Shown piece after piece: positions 35,107 to 49,195 of a stretch of 64,000 nucleotides of DNA; positions within the stretch are counted from its first letter, which is position 1, and each line of letters opens with the position of its first letter. The position numbers were made by a program, and so were the translations under genes. Origin of the DNA: Hyphochytrium catenoides (lineage: Eukaryota > Protista > Hyphochytriomycota). Under the pieces are notes generated by a model that was given only the letters and a program-made list of their open reading frames with translations, did no database searches and was not told the DNA's origin. The stretch covers positions 1-64,000 of the forward strand of contig FLMG01001670.1 in assembly GCA_900088475.1 (NCBI GenBank). The letters run 5' to 3'.

Positions 35107-37075
35107 CAAGAATGAATCCGCTTGTAGTTCCTACCTCCTGCAGTGACCTTGTGGCTTCTTGTGTGCAGCAGAGAAGCAGGCTCAGGCCCTCAAGCAGACT
35201 GAGGAAAGAAGGCCGCAGGAGGGAAAAAAGTGATGGGAAAGATCCAGACCATGAACGGCCCTTCAAGTCCTCACTCACCCTGATGAAAACGGAGGGCAGA
35301 AGACCTATTCTCGGTTGAGGATATTAGACTCGGTTCTATAACTTGTTATGTAGTACAACCTATTTCACTTCCTTCCACCAATACACTACTCTCGTGAAGA
35401 GTAGACCTATGTGACATAATCTCCGGAGATGGAATCAGAAAAGGCATTTTGTTTCCTCTGTAGGACCAGAACGGCAAACCCTGATTAGCTTAGGCCTTAC
35501 TTTCGGTATTTCAAAACAAAACTTCCATCGTTCAAAATGTTTACTTTTCATTGTTGCTGAAAATTTAGGGGCTAAGGAATCGCTCTGGTACGGTGAAAGG
35601 ATTTTTGAAGGATTCACTTAATTCTTGAACAATTAAGAGCCGAAACTTTGAGGGTTTTGGAGGGCCTGCAGCTCCCGAATTTTTGGACGAGTGTCTAAAG
35701 TTTGAAGTTCTGCTTGAGGTTTTCGCAATGGCGCAATGGAGGACGGCCAATATTAGAGCGGCTTCTCGAAACTAGGAAACTATGGCACTAACGACAGTGT
35801 GGGCAGCGCGCCTAATATTATGAAGGCCTTATTATTAGACGCCTTGCAGAACCCAAATATTGGTTGATAGTCCTGATGCAAGTCTTTGTGTTAATTAGTA
35901 AGAGTTTTGGGAGTGGGTCCGCCTTCGAGGGCAGACAGAGTTAAGAATGTTCCTCAGTATAGACAGGGACGCCAGAGCAAAGAGAGAGAGTGACGCGGTG
36001 CTGGCAGGGAAGGTGATCTCTGGTCGTTCTCTCTGCCATCCTGTACAAAGATTTCTATCGCCGCCGCCTTCACCCTCATCGCGACAGCAAATGGACTTCC
36101 TTCTGTTTGGTTGTTTGAAGCCCATCTGTGGCCTGACTTGCCTTTTTGATGCCAGCTGCGGCCAGACTCAGCCTTGAATGTTCGTTCGACATAGAAGAGA
36201 CCACAGCTGGCACTGCCTCTAGTAGTAACTACAGCGCCTTGTAGCAAGAAGGCGGCGAGCCCCTGTCTAGCAGATTGACTCCCCTTCGTCGTAGGCATCA
36301 GAACTTCAGAAGACTTCAATTTCATGTACACCGAAAGGGATGCAACGCGTTGACGAGAGAGACAGAGCCAAGCAAAGAGTATCGTGATAGGGACATCCGT
36401 ACATGACCGCGCCTAGCCGCCGTCCGCAAACAAAGTCGGATAAGAGGACTTCAGTACCTTTGCGCGGCCTAGGGTCCTGAGTGATGGTTTACCTACTGAC
36501 TGTGAGGTAATTAGATCGCCCAGGAGACAATCGATTAGGACTTATGGTGGGCTCACTATGGTGTAAAAGAAGCCATTTTCTTCTTCTCCTGTTATTCGAA
36601 GGCTTCTCATGGCCGGCGATTGCAGGCTGCAAGTCAGCGTAACCTCATTGTCAAGTGGCTTCTTAGCGCCTGCGACTTCGGAAAGATTGAAGCGCTTCAC
36701 TACACTCGATAGGGAGAAGCATACAAGCCAAAAATGGGAACTTTCTATGCTGCCGTCTCCATCCTCCCATAGCATGAGCCATGGGAGCTTCGTACAATGC
36801 TTCCTCCATATCTTTAGGAGTCAGAAAAACTGTTGAGTCTCTATAGGCACCATGTCAAAACTTCCAATTGTTGTCTAAGTGGCCTATACTTCCCGTGCCC
36901 TCAGCACCTTATATCATGAGTCATAGGATGAAATTGTCTGTCAATAGTAAGAACAGGTGACGGGTGAACTCGATTCCGTCTCCGGTGAATGCATTGTTCG
37001 CTGGTACTAAGTCTTAATCTTCATAAATAAGCCAATTTAAGTTAGGTTTGCACTACAGCTGGAAGACTCAGAGCT

Positions 37076-40000
37076 CTAAGAGTCCAGGGCATGGTCATTA
37101 TCTGACACATCAGAATGAGAGTCTGACGAGCTCATCAGCTCATCCAGAGCTGCTTCCATGCCGAAAGAGAGGCGGTCCAAGTAGGAATCTCGTCGGCCAT
37201 CTTGACCTGATTGATCATCTACTTCTAGGGGCTCTGCAGCCGAGATGGACTTCTTCAAATAGGAGACGACCTGCTTCCGGTTTCGTAAGAGTTGCATCTC
37301 CGGAGGAGTGCTGGGTAGAGACGTTGGGAAGTCGGCAATGTCTCTTCGTTTTGGCATTGGCGGCTTGCCGGAGGGCTGCTGCCCGGTACTTGGTCTAAAA
37401 GTCCCCGCTTCCCGAGAGGAGGTTTCTACCTTGTCCGAGCTGAAGAACTCTGCCGGTAGCGCTTCAGGCCTTTTCTTGCTGGCTGCAATGGCAGTATGTG
37501 GCACGTCGTCCATTGTGCGAATCCTTCTCACGGGAAGTGGCTGTGGCGGCTGTGCGCCTGTCTTCGTTTCATCTCCGGAAAGCTTTCTCCTTGCCTCCTC
37601 TGACTTTCTATGGGCCACCATCGTCTGGTCCTCTATGTCCTGCGATAAGGGATGGTTGGCAACCATGGAGATGATAGTAGGATCAATCTCCCCAAGGCTG
37701 ATTGAGCGCTGGTTGCTCTGATGGTGCCGTTTCTGATACCGTTCCAACTGCATCTGGCGCTTCTCTAAATGTCTCTCTCTTCTTCTCTCTTCCTTCATCT
37801 CTCTCTCTCTCTTGATCTTGGTAATCCAGTCTGAGAAAATGTCTTTCTTTTGCTGATGGTCTCTTCTGTACAGCCCATTCACATCCTCTTCATGCACACT
37901 TCGCTCCTGTTTTCCTCTTCCTCCTCTAACAGCCTGCTTGAACTTCCTGTCGAGGGACACCCGCCTGTCTACGGGGTAGGCCACTAGCTTCGGCGTTTTC
38001 TTGACCCCTCCCGAGGCTAGCTGCGTATCAACATAATCCTCAATTACCTATTGTTGGCAATAGAGTTCAGTCAGCTGTAACCAGGTGTACTGCATAGGCT
38101 GTACAAGCAGATGGACTACCTAAAGACAACAGACATTGGCATGAAAGGAAAGTGAAATGGAACATCGTAGAGTGAAAGCGTTGGCGACTTACATTCGGTG
38201 GCTCGATATAGAAAGCTTGGTATCCGATCTCCTTTTCTGTCACAACTTCACTCAGGGCTAGTGGCCTGCAAAAGAGCAGGATTAGGTTTGGCTGTTGGCC
38301 ATGACAACCTGTGTCCGACGAGCTTACCCTAAGGGCGCTTCACTATTCACAAATATTCTGTCCTGAGGAGCCCCAGCGGCCAGACCTGAGAGGATAAGAC
38401 GGTGACGGAGTCTCAGATCCTCTATTAAGCTCGACCAACTCGAAGTCCTCTCTTTCTTTGCGTCCTGAAGGATGCTCGTGGCGTCTATCTCTTGTGGCCC
38501 AATCTATGGTGGAATACTTGTGAGTCAGAGTTTCGTTCCTTCTCATCTAGCTTCCTCTGCTTACATTATTCAATATAGTTAGCAGGTCTGCTGACGTTTT
38601 GCAGTGCAGCAAATCTTCTTTGTATCGTCGAACAAGGGCCAAGGCAACCTGAAAGAGGATCTGTGATGGCAAGGAAGCCAACTTGTATGTTGGAGATACC
38701 CGTCATTCCATAAAGATCATAACTCACCTCGTCTCCACTGATGAAAAGATAGTCCCATACCGCCGCCGTCAGCTCTCGAGGAAACGGGCTGGCGAAGAGG
38801 GTCAAAAACCACTCCGTGCAAGTCAGAGAAAGCTCCATCCCTGTCCCACCCAGTCGCTGGCAGTTCAAGAGCAGCAGATAGTGGTAAGAGATCGAGAAGA
38901 GAAGGATATGCTGATTGAACAGAGGGTACCTGTAAGTGATTCGCAACTTCCGGTATACGTGAGGCTACGAGGTCAGCGAACACGTGCTGATCGATAGCAA
39001 CTCCTAGCTGTTACAGAATAGAGTGAGCGGGGCCTTTCCCTTGGAGTCGACATCACTAGGCAGATATCCTCCTTCTTTATAAGTGACTAAGCCAAATCAG
39101 AACCAATCCTGAACCCAACCACTGCATCAACACAAATCTGTGTCCCTATTTCCTGCTGTCTATATGTGGTCCCTTTCCGGCCCTCCCCTTACCATATTGG
39201 TAAAATAGTCCGGGGGAACTATCCGCACCAACTGGACTAGCAGCCAGAAGGCCTCTTCCTCCTCGACAAAGTCGAGCAATCTAGCCACGATAAAGTTGAA
39301 CCCCTGGCAATATCCAAGCTTCGGGTTGTGCCGCACATAGGCTAGTAACACTCGTCGAAGAGAGACAACCTTTTGATAGGTCTTCCCGCATACGTCTCCA
39401 CCAAAGGTACGAGGCAGATCCGCATCTATTTGAGTAATGGCATCTACATATAAGGCTGCAACCTCCTCACTTGCGATCCTGGAAAGATCATGCAAAGGAC
39501 ACAGAAGAGAGTAAGCCCGAGCCTCTAAACTCGCAGGAGGTAGTTGCCCAACTGCGTAAACGGAGAGCAGAAAAAGCCCAGCCGTCGAGGTACGAAAGGT
39601 CGTCGAGGAGAAAGACAGCGTGCGCACACTCCTTATGAAGCGAGAGGATGGACCCAAGAGGGCCGCCCGCCTGGGAACGAGGAACGAAGTGATAAGTCCA
39701 GAGAGAAAAATATCTTTCGTCCCTTACTTTATATCTGACCGGACTAAATAGTCAAAGTATCCTGGATAGTTGATCAACTCCTTCTGCCCATTTGAGAGCA
39801 GAAGCCATAGCTGTTGCAAGAGTCAGTACATTACCACGCCGTGTCAGAATATAGATGAGAACTCATCTTTCCCCACATATATGCCCGGGTTCTTGCAGCT
39901 ATATCTTCCCGTTGCCTTCTATACTTCTTCCATTCCTTTTGGCTACTGATCCCAACCAAACCCTGACGGCTACAGATTTTGGCGTTGCTCACCTTCCCAT

Positions 40001-41535
40001 GGAGGTCTGATGGTACTCCAGAGTTGGGAATCTCTCCGACAATTAGCATTCGAAGCTTTTCCTCTAACTGCCAAGCCTCAAATGCATCCTCTCCTTGTCC
40101 CCGTTGTCTCGGGGTGGACGCAGTCCTTTCTTGGATAATCAGCTTCTGCATATCAAAAGGAAAGATCAGCGCTCTCTTGGGATTTGACACCAAGAGGAAG
40201 ACGTAACGAAAATGGGAGATGCAGGGTCCAACCTCAGTAAAGAGCTCATAGTCCTCCAAGAGCGAGAGCCAATTGGCTTTTGACATCACTGGTCCCGGAT
40301 GGCTTGATTCCGCTGAATGAGTTGCCTTGGACTGCTGCTTTTCAAGGTCTTCTACGGACTGTTTCCCATCCGCCCCACTTCTACTTCCCTTCTCACGGGG
40401 CTGGGTCGTAGCCTCATCCCAAATATCGAACTCCTCCACCAAGGAATGGCCTTCCTCCTAAAGATGGAAGTGAATGAGCAAAGGCAGAAAGGTAGAAAAA
40501 ACTTTCGCCTACAGCTTACCATGGAAGACGGGGTGCCTGCTAGATGCAACATTGACAAATAGACGCAACAAAATTGTCAGTTATTGAAATATAACGACTC
40601 CAAGCTAATGGAGATGGCGTGTTATACCTGTAGAGCCTATACCCGGCCCAGCGGCAGTGGAAGGAATGCTGTCAAGAAGGTGGAGGGCCGGCATGGACCT
40701 AGAGCCCTTCATCCCGTTGTCTAGCCTACACCGGAGATGATCCGGAAGGAGAGAGAGGACATTTGGCCCTTTGTGCCGAAGTGACTGAGGCCCCAGTTCA
40801 TTCATGGCCCGTTGGGTCACTGCTGCCTGTAGAGATAAGATAGTAGATGACACTACATGATCCTAGGTCAGTCGCAGCCGAGTGAGGAGTACAGCCTCAT
40901 TGATTACCATTGTCAGCATCGAAGACATCAAGAAGGTCGGAAGGACTGAACAAAAGGCGTTCCTCGACTCCTAGGTCCTTGCTTGCCCTAAAGATGAAGA
41001 GGTCACGTTATCTAACAGCATAGCGTACCACGTCATGCACTTACCTGAGGAAGCTCTGGATGTTCTGACAGTATGCCGCAACATTTTGTTCCTCCGCAAT
41101 AGGGATAAATTTGTCTGCTTGTCCTAGTGTTCTGTATATACTATTGATCATACGACAAAGTCTGACGCCAGACCGAAGGCTCTCTCTCGAGCTGGCTGTG
41201 AACTTCTCTGCAGTGACCATCTCTACCCAAAGCTGTGCACTCTCCAGTCGTTTTTTAAGCTTGGCACTAAGGTTGAATCCGCCTTCCTCCTCCCATGAGA
41301 GAGACTTGTCCCGCTTTGCCAGCAGGAGGTCATACTTCTCGTTCAGGTCGCTTGTCTGAGATCTATGTCCGAAAAGCTTTGGAGGGAGAGGTGGAGTGTG
41401 ACCAGCGCCTGCTCCCAATGATTGCTTTCGGTATACCTTCGCATCCTCTGGAGCCTTATCCTGGCTGGACCCAACCTTCAACCCATCTTTTGGGGTACGT
41501 GCCCCAGGAGAGGCACTTACATTAGTTGAGGTCAT
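37076..41535 (-). CDS. Rab-GAP (TBC domain) with N-terminal calponin-homology domain and coiled-coil tail; start uncertain
   Basis: CH domain: AQLWVEMVT...SLRSGVRLCRMINSI...NIQSFLR|ASKDLGVEERLLFSPSDL. TBC domain: GVPSDLHGK|LWLLLS, R-finger IDADLPRT, Q-finger GYCQGFNFIVARLL, EEEAFWLL, WFLTLFASPFP, VWDYLF. Confidence 0.92.
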
Positions 41536-42353
41536 CTGCGGAACAGCTGTTCACCAGCTCAGCGGACTACCGCGGCATGACTTTCTTTCTTCCGGACATG
41601 ACCGCTGATGTTGGTGGTTGTAGGCATCATAGGAGCCAAAGAGCAGCCTAATGGGGCTCATCACCTGGTGTCCATTGCCGCAGCTTTGAAGCCTCGGTTC
41701 AGCTAGCGAGAAGTGCCCATTTAAAACGTCTCTTTCGTACAGCTAGAAGGTTGCCAATCGATAAAGCTACCTGCGGTTCTGCGTGACGGAGCCGCAGCTA
41801 TGAAGAAGCGCAGTCCAGCCTGGTCATGGGTTCGCTGTATAAGGAGCAGGTTTCAGGCTGTTCCATGGCTTCACGCTGCACTTTCTTTCACAGCTTCCGC
41901 TCTTCAACCCATCATCAGACAAGAGAGAGGACCAGAGATCAGAATCAGAGAATCAGACCTCAGGTGGTTAACATGATCTCAAAATTGTAGTTACCATACC
42001 TGTAACCACACTGTGATCCAATATATGATTTATTGCGGAGGACTATCGGAGCTTCTGCCAATAAATCTCCACGTCTCCAGTCTCCACACCGAAAGAAAGT
42101 TCGAGACGGATCACAGCTCTTCACGTCTGAGTTCACATAGAATAAGAACACACTTAGGAAGCAGGACCGCGGCCTGGTGTGCTGCTTCAACCTTGTGGGT
42201 TCATCGAGCAGCTTGACGTCTGTGCGTGAGATTGAAGACCGCCGCGGTTCAACACGCTGCTTTCTTATCGTTGGCTGCGGGAGCTCCGTGGCAAGGATTG
42301 GCTTCTGTATAGAGCATTCTGACGCGAGGAAGAGGCTCTGTCAACGCCGCCCA

Positions 42354-42913
42354 ATGTCCTATCTGCTCCCTCATCTACACTCAGGATGGGCCGTTGACCA
42401 GGCAATTCTCAACGAAAGTAAGCTTCAATCTTCTTTCTCCTTTCCTGTGGCTACCAACGGGCTGACCATTCTACTCTCTTTCAGATGACCGTGTGGTTGT
42501 CATCAGATTCGGACACGATTATGATCCAACCTGTATGCAGATGGATGAGATTTTGTGCGCAATCGCCGAGGACGTTAAGAACTTTGCCGCTATTTATTTG
42601 GTTGACATCACGGAAGTGCCTGACTTTAATACTATGTACGAACTATACGATCCGTGCACGGTGATGTTCTTCTATCGCAACAAGGTAAGCTCAATGCTTT
42701 CTTCTCGTCACCCTGCTCTTTACTAAGCATTGCTCCGTGCCTGTGCAGCACATTATGATTGATCTGGGTACCGGTAATAACAACAAGATAAACTGGGCCT
42801 TCAACAACAAACAGGAGATGATAGATATCGTAGAAGTAGTATACAGGGGCGCGAGGAAAGGTCGAGGTCTCGTGGTCTCTCCGAAGGACTATTCAACGAA
42901 ATACCGCTATTAG
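42354..42913 (+). CDS. DIM1: U5 snRNP thioredoxin-like protein Dim1/TXNL4A, 3 exons
   Basis: MSYLLPHLHSGWAVDQAIL...VVIRFGHDYDPTCMQMDE...HIMIDLGTGNNNKINW...GRGLVVSPKDYSTKYRY*. Introns at 42418-42484 and 42685-42748. Confidence 0.98.
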
Positions 42914-43333
42914 AACCGTCGAGTGACAGGTGGCAGGATGCTCGCNNNNNNNNNNNNNNNNNNNNNNNNNNNNNNNNNNNNNNNNNNNNNNCAAGCATGT
43001 CTTAAAAATGGTCAACGGTCCTTTGATGTTCTTGGTATGCTCACAGACAGGGTGGAGCCTTCATGTGCCAGGGCCTGTGATGCCAGTCTGATGAGACAAA
43101 GGGCGGCAACACTACCTCTTCAGTGGTAATCTACATGGTGTGCAAGCTCCGGAATCCGCCCCTGCTTGGATCTTAGTTTACCTTTCAACCTTTATTCACT
43201 ACTACTCTATGAGGGAGTTATAACTACCTTGAAACAAGTTCTGAGGTGACTCCAAGGCCACCAGATCCATTGGCTCTATGAAGCTTGCCCAGGTTAGGTC
43301 CAAAAGTGAGGATACCAGTATATGGCCCCCCAC

Positions 43334-43495
43334 TTTAGAGAGATACCTCTGATCATGCCAAGCTCCCTTCCCTTGAACCAATGCTGAAAGAGAAGATGAC
43401 ACATTCAGTTTGGAGAGATACCTCTGATCATGGCCATGCTCCATTCCCCTGAACTAATGCTGCCATAGAGGATGACACATTCGTCTGGTTTGGAG
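43334..43495 (+). repeat. Diverged ~75-bp tandem duplication
   Basis: Two copies sharing GAGAGATACCTCTGATCATG ... AATGCTG ... GATGACACATTC, starting at ~43334 and ~43409. Confidence 0.85.
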
Positions 43496-44329
43496 GCTTC
43501 ATGCGTGTCACTTGCGGAGCAAGTTATCAAGAGGCAGCGAGCTGACGTCCCTTGTTTGGCAGAAAGGTGCTTCCGCGGGCTGCCCATGGTCTTGGTTTCA
43601 GGAAGAGGGTGCTTAGGGATGTGGGAACCTCAATAAGTTAGTAGGTCGCTTATGCCGCACCGGAGGCCAAAGCTGATACGCGAAGTACTTATATCCCGCA
43701 TCGAAAGATCCGGACTATCATTATCTCCTACTCCTGACATGATTCACCATAAACTCCAGCAATCACATACTCCCTGTCCCCAACCAGGCTGTAAGACGGG
43801 GAAAGAGACTGATCAATCAGGACGGAAGCGTACGATGACAGTGAGACCTTGGCGTCTCACTAATAAATGGAGATGAATCTCTGTTTGTAACTATGAAGTA
43901 TGCTCTCAGCTCCTGGGGGAGCTCTGCATGCTATGCAGAAGGCGTTACACTCCTTGGCCTGACGCTGGGAAGGAAGGAAGGACGCCGCTCACCGTTAGCC
44001 CGTGTATCTCGCCTCCATGACTTCGGGCTCTCTCCTTCTCTCTCTCATTCTTCATCCTCAAGCTTGCTTCTTAATGTCCTTGCTTCTGACCGTCTTCCCA
44101 GCCTATCTTGTGAGGCGACATGACAGGAGAGACTCTGCGGCATGAGCAGTCCATAATCAGCGAAAGGGGCGGCACCAGGATCTGATCGAGACACGCAGTC
44201 TGGGTCATAGACCGGGTCGAATCCGCTCAGCCTCCCACGTCCCTGACCTTGAGGATAGAAGGGGTAGCCCACATATTATCAACTGATTCGCATACGGGCC
44301 GGCGTGTCAACCGTAAGCGATTCGGGCTA

Positions 44330-44855
44330 ATGTGGCCTTTGAAACGAGGGATGGCAAGTATCCTACTGCTGGGACTCAGCTGTGTCCTGCAGGGTCAGTT
44401 TGCCCTGGGAGAGGTATTTGAAGGGTCTTTGCTAAGGAGAGACGCCTGGGCCGTGGTAGAGCGCTTCTGGTACTTGCAGCGTCGCTCTACTCTACCAGCT
44501 CTGCTTCTGATGGTCATTAACACCTCTATTCTTGCAGCTTCTCGGATGATAGCGCCAATACTCCCACTGCAAACTACTCACTGACTGTGGGCATTGTCCC
44601 AGCCTTTGGGTCTAAGTTAGCGTCTAATCTGACGCTAACAATGTGCCTGTATAATGACCTGGATCCCCTCCAATTCTCGGAATATCTGAAGAATGGGGCT
44701 TTCCAGTGCTCTTTCTTGGTCAATATGTATTGCAAGGGTATGACGAAGCGAGACGAGAGGGAATCAACCAAGCTGTACATGGCGAGGGTTAACGAAGCAA
44801 GAGCGAGAAGAGAAAGAGATAGGGAGAGAGAGAGAGAGAGAGAAAGAAGAGAGAA

Positions 44856-44887
<32 letters not shown>

Positions 44888-45328
44888 CGAGAGAGAGAGA
44901 GAGAGCGAGAGAGAGAGAGACGGACGTAGAAAGACTTAGTTCTTCACAAGGTTCTGGATAAAGGGAGACGCCCTTGGCCGTCCTCGCTTTCTGCTCTCTA
45001 ACGAACTCCCATACTGCATGTCCTATCAGACAAGAAAGAGTTCCAGCTATCCAGCAAAGATGGCGGCCCTCTAACGTTCTCGGGCTCGTTCTCCAAGGTT
45101 AAAAAGGGCTACAATTGGGTCGGATTCTCTATCTGCAACTCCCAGCAACAAATCTGTACAAGCCTTTGCCAGGGGAGCCTCGCCTACTTTGACATCTCTT
45201 ACCGGTACCGCCTTGACCGCCAACTAATCTCTATCACCGTTTGCCCTACACCATGGCAGCATTGTTCCGTATCTGGGCATATTACCTAGCTCGCATGCTT
45301 TCTTCTCCTTCAGATATGTCGTTCTTCA

Positions 45329-45363
<35 letters not shown>

Positions 45364-48300
45364 ATCTCTATCTATCTATCTCTCTATCTCTTCCTATCTA
45401 TCTCTATCTATCTCTATCTGTCTCTCGCACACAAACACCATTCGCTTTCTTTGTGCGATTGGACCTTTTCAACTGCTTTCCCCGACTCCCATCCTCTCAC
45501 TAGACTCATGTCTCTTCTTTGGATCAATTTTTTGTCCCTTAGATTCCATTTCTATAACAAAGGGCTCTCCTTCTTCTTCACGGAGACCTCAGCTGATAAG
45601 CATGGCGTCTTCCAAGCTCTCATCTTCACGGTGATGGTCATGGTCGCCACCTATTGCTTCCTCTGGTATACGTGTTACCTGCTTTACGTCAAGAAAAGGC
45701 TTCACACAACGGTATGGAAGATGCATTCTTAGGACTCTGCAGCATAGTTCCAATGTTTCTTCTTATGTCTTGCAGCCGTTTATTTGAAAGACAGCGCCTT
45801 GAAGGATTGACCTCGATTCTCAGCCTTCGTTTACCGCCTTCGTCTACAACGAGGCGGTCTTCACTCCACTGCATCCACCTTTTGAAATATGCCTCTCAAA
45901 CCTTTATCCGCCTCTGGCTTCATAGGTCCTTATCTTCGGATGCTCTGTCCAGGCTGAGGTCGCCAGTCAAGTGGTAAGTGGTAGCTCCAGCGAGTGAGAT
46001 AAACGTTTCTATCACTAAAATCTGGCTGCAGAACTCCCTGTGCTTTCTCTTGCCCTTGCCATGACTTCGTTGGCACACATCCATGACCAGGGCTCTCTTT
46101 TCTGCCCAGCCCATACGTTCTAGAGTTTTTGAGTCTGGTCTAACTCACTTGTCTTATCCTGCTACGACTCATTCCCACGCTGTTCCCTCTTGGTATCATT
46201 GGCGATTGTGCGCCTTCCCATCAGGCATATCTCGTCTACTATAATTCTGTGGAAACAGATCAGCTAGCATCGGACGCTGCACGCATCATCGGAGTATCTC
46301 TTCATGAGTGTGCATATGCGCTCCTTCTGTTGCAGCTAATACTGGTGGCCAAGGGCTGGACCATCGTTCGGAGAAAGATATCCAGTGTCGGAAGAGTGAA
46401 GATTGGCCTCTTCTTTACCATATACGTCATTATTGTCCTCTCCTCCTTGCTTTGGACATGTGAGTCGATAGTTTCCCAGGGCTGATGGGTCCGCCACATT
46501 GCCCCTACTTCCACATCTCTTCTGCATGGTTCGGTTCTTCTGTCACGCGGATTTGGCCCTAGCCGGCGTGTCTATGCCTTGCCCCGTGCTATAATGTTGC
46601 TTTTCTCTCGTCGTGCCCTTATTGCCATCCCGCTTTAGCCTTGCTAGCTTCGTCGGAGAGGCAGATCCTTTCCACTAGCCTTTAGGCCTTGTTACACCTC
46701 TTCTGTCCTGTTCCGATTCCAGAAAGCACTAAGCTTCGATCACCTCTCTCTTCTGCAAACTCCCATCAGTCACCGTGCAGCAAGATCTATCAAGCTTTTT
46801 CCTCTATAACAGCCCGCCAGGCCGCATACTTTTTATCCTAAAGTTCTTCGCTGTCGTCTGGCTTGTCTATGCCTGCAAAACTACTTTGGTGGGTACCTCG
46901 TCTTACTCACACTTTCTCCTGGCTGAGCACGTATCTTCCTTCCAGCTCTGGCACGTTACAATCTTCTCCATTTTTTCCCAGCTAAAAGGTGTCTTCTCAA
47001 CCATCATTTTGCACCCTTCCTTGTCGGTCAAAGGCCAATTTTGAGACGAAGAGAGGCTTCTATCGGAAGTTCACTTTCTTCGCGGGTCTTTACCTTCTGA
47101 TCACCCCGCTTTCAGCCTCGTTGGCGCTAAGCTTTGAACCAGATAAACGGATGCGGGTAAGAACGACCCATACCTAATGTCTCTATACTCATGTTCTTCT
47201 TTAGTAGCTAGCTCTATCGTATCTTTTCACTTCTTGGACTGCATCCAGGTGGCTCTCTTGATCATAGATGTTCAGAGCGCGAGAGCGTGGTCTTTCTGCT
47301 TCGCAATTATAGGTGTTATCTAGATCACTGTCCCTTTAGCTCCGATGTTGCTACGATAACCTCTCATAGAAATCCCAAGGCTCACATACCTCTCTCTCCC
47401 TCTTTTTCTTCCTCGTTCTCGTTCTCACTCACTCGCTGCTTCTCTCCCTGTCCTCCCTTTCTGTTCTGAACGCATTACTCTCTTCGGTCGAAATTCTACA
47501 TCTGAACCTACTCTGGCCAGTTCACAGCAATCTTCGAGCTGACGTCCATCACCGTGGCGCAGTTGACGCTGTGTTGCCTGTACAACCCTTCCCTCAGGTA
47601 GGTCCTGCAGGGCTTGCACGTACTTCTCACCCATGCAGAGCTGGCTGTCTTCCATACCTCTGCCTTCATACATTGGTCTGCCGCTTTGTCTCCACTGTTC
47701 CACTGTGTTCACTCTTCACCCTATTTTTCTAGTGGACTTCTGGTTCCCTTCGTCTATCTTCACTGCGCCTTTCAGTACTATCTGACACTTCCCTGTTCTC
47801 TTCTACTTTCTGGCAGCTGGAACAAGTCCTTTCCATTCCACGCGACCACTGAGGAAATGGTGGGAGCGGCATGGAAAGATAAGCCCGCCCTGAAGACCGA
47901 GGGTAGCGTCAGCGAGGACGCCCTTCTCCGTCATCGGGCATCACTTAGCTCTGCCACCCCTTCGCAGTCCTCTCTCTCTCCATCTCCATCTCCCACGAGT
48001 AAAAGAAAGCCTCGTGGTCTCTCGTTTGTAGCCGATCCTCAGCAGCGGATGAGCGTGGTAGCTGCCAATTTTAACGGCGAGCCCTTTGTCACTCCTGAGA
48101 CGACTGCCGCCCTAGAGAGGAAGCCTGAGGATGACTCAGACTATAAGAAAATCGTGGACTACAATGTCTTCGTCAGACTAAAGAAAAAGGAGTTAAGGAG
48201 ATTGCAAGGCAATACATCCAGCGTTCTAGCGGTAAGTGGACAGCCACAATGAATCGGATAGGAGGGAAGCAGTAGCTGGAGGTGGGGAGGAGAAGGGAAG

Positions 48301-48820
48301 AGAAGAGGAAAGGAAAGAGATCATTAGAATTGTTGAGGGTCAGCGGCTGCAAACCACACACTGCGATGTCTAAATAACTGAGCTGGACGACTGTCAAAGG
48401 ATGTCGAACAGCTCTTTATGCATGTCATTGCGCGGGAAAAGTAAAGAATCATGAGAGATGGAAGAGCGCCAGATAGGCGCAAACAGCGAAAGAACTAACT
48501 CTCTCCTCTAATATTTTCTCCTCTCTTAGCGCATGGAAGATCTGTTCAACTGTGTAGGGGAGCTTAACTCTACGCTGTCGCTTGTGGAGAAGACGTTCAT
48601 TGACCGTCAGCACAAGATACTGGCGGACTTCAAGGCCAAGGAGCAAGCGAGAAAAGAAAAGAAGGAACGCGAGAGGGAGAAAAGAAGAAAGGAGCGAGAA
48701 GAAAGAGAGAGCCAGCACAAGCTTCTCGACAACGAAGACGGTTCTGCTGGCAGGAAGACAGACGATAGAGACAAGAGTCGGAGGAAAGAACGTAGTAGGC
48801 AGAAAGATGACGAGAACTAA
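44330..48820 (+). CDS. TMEM145/GPR180-family 7TM protein with signal peptide and charged C-terminal coiled coil
   Basis: Signal peptide followed by WAVVERFCF. Further motifs TSADKHG, KKRLHTT, LILVAKGWTIVRRKISSVGRVKI, YNSPPG and WNKSFPFH, then an E/K/R-rich end. Confidence 0.85.
44797..44920 (+). repeat. Intronic (AG)n microsatellite
   Basis: GA tract inside a TMEM145-like intron; it is purine-rich on the sense strand, unlike most other intronic tracts here. Confidence 0.9.
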
Positions 48821-49195
48821 TCCTTTAGCATTGGGTTGTCTCATGTTACTCTTCTGAAAGCTTAGCGTCATCAGGAAGAAGCACTCAACAAAAGTTAGTC
48901 TCTTTTTTATTTATGGAACTGTATGATAATGATAAGGCTTATGGCTGTGAGGAACCTCAGGACCTGACGTGCATTCCCGTTCTCTTAAGAGTCTAACCAT
49001 AAAAACAGATACAAGGGAGCTGGAGAGCCTAGTAGAGAGACAGGGGCGCAGTAACAGGGGAGACGGCCTAGCAGCCCATAAGCATACGGATTTCAAGATG
49101 CTTTTGGACTGAATGTGCTCCAGGATAACCCTCAATGACGCTCAAGCGTGAAAGACCAAGGAACATTTGAAGAGCGTATCGTGATTACCCATTTC

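Noticed and set aside
35340-35900. AT-richer block as a possible MITE (similar block at ~18930-19100)
   Set aside because: No terminal inverted repeats or target-site duplication found by eye; a genome-wide copy search is needed.
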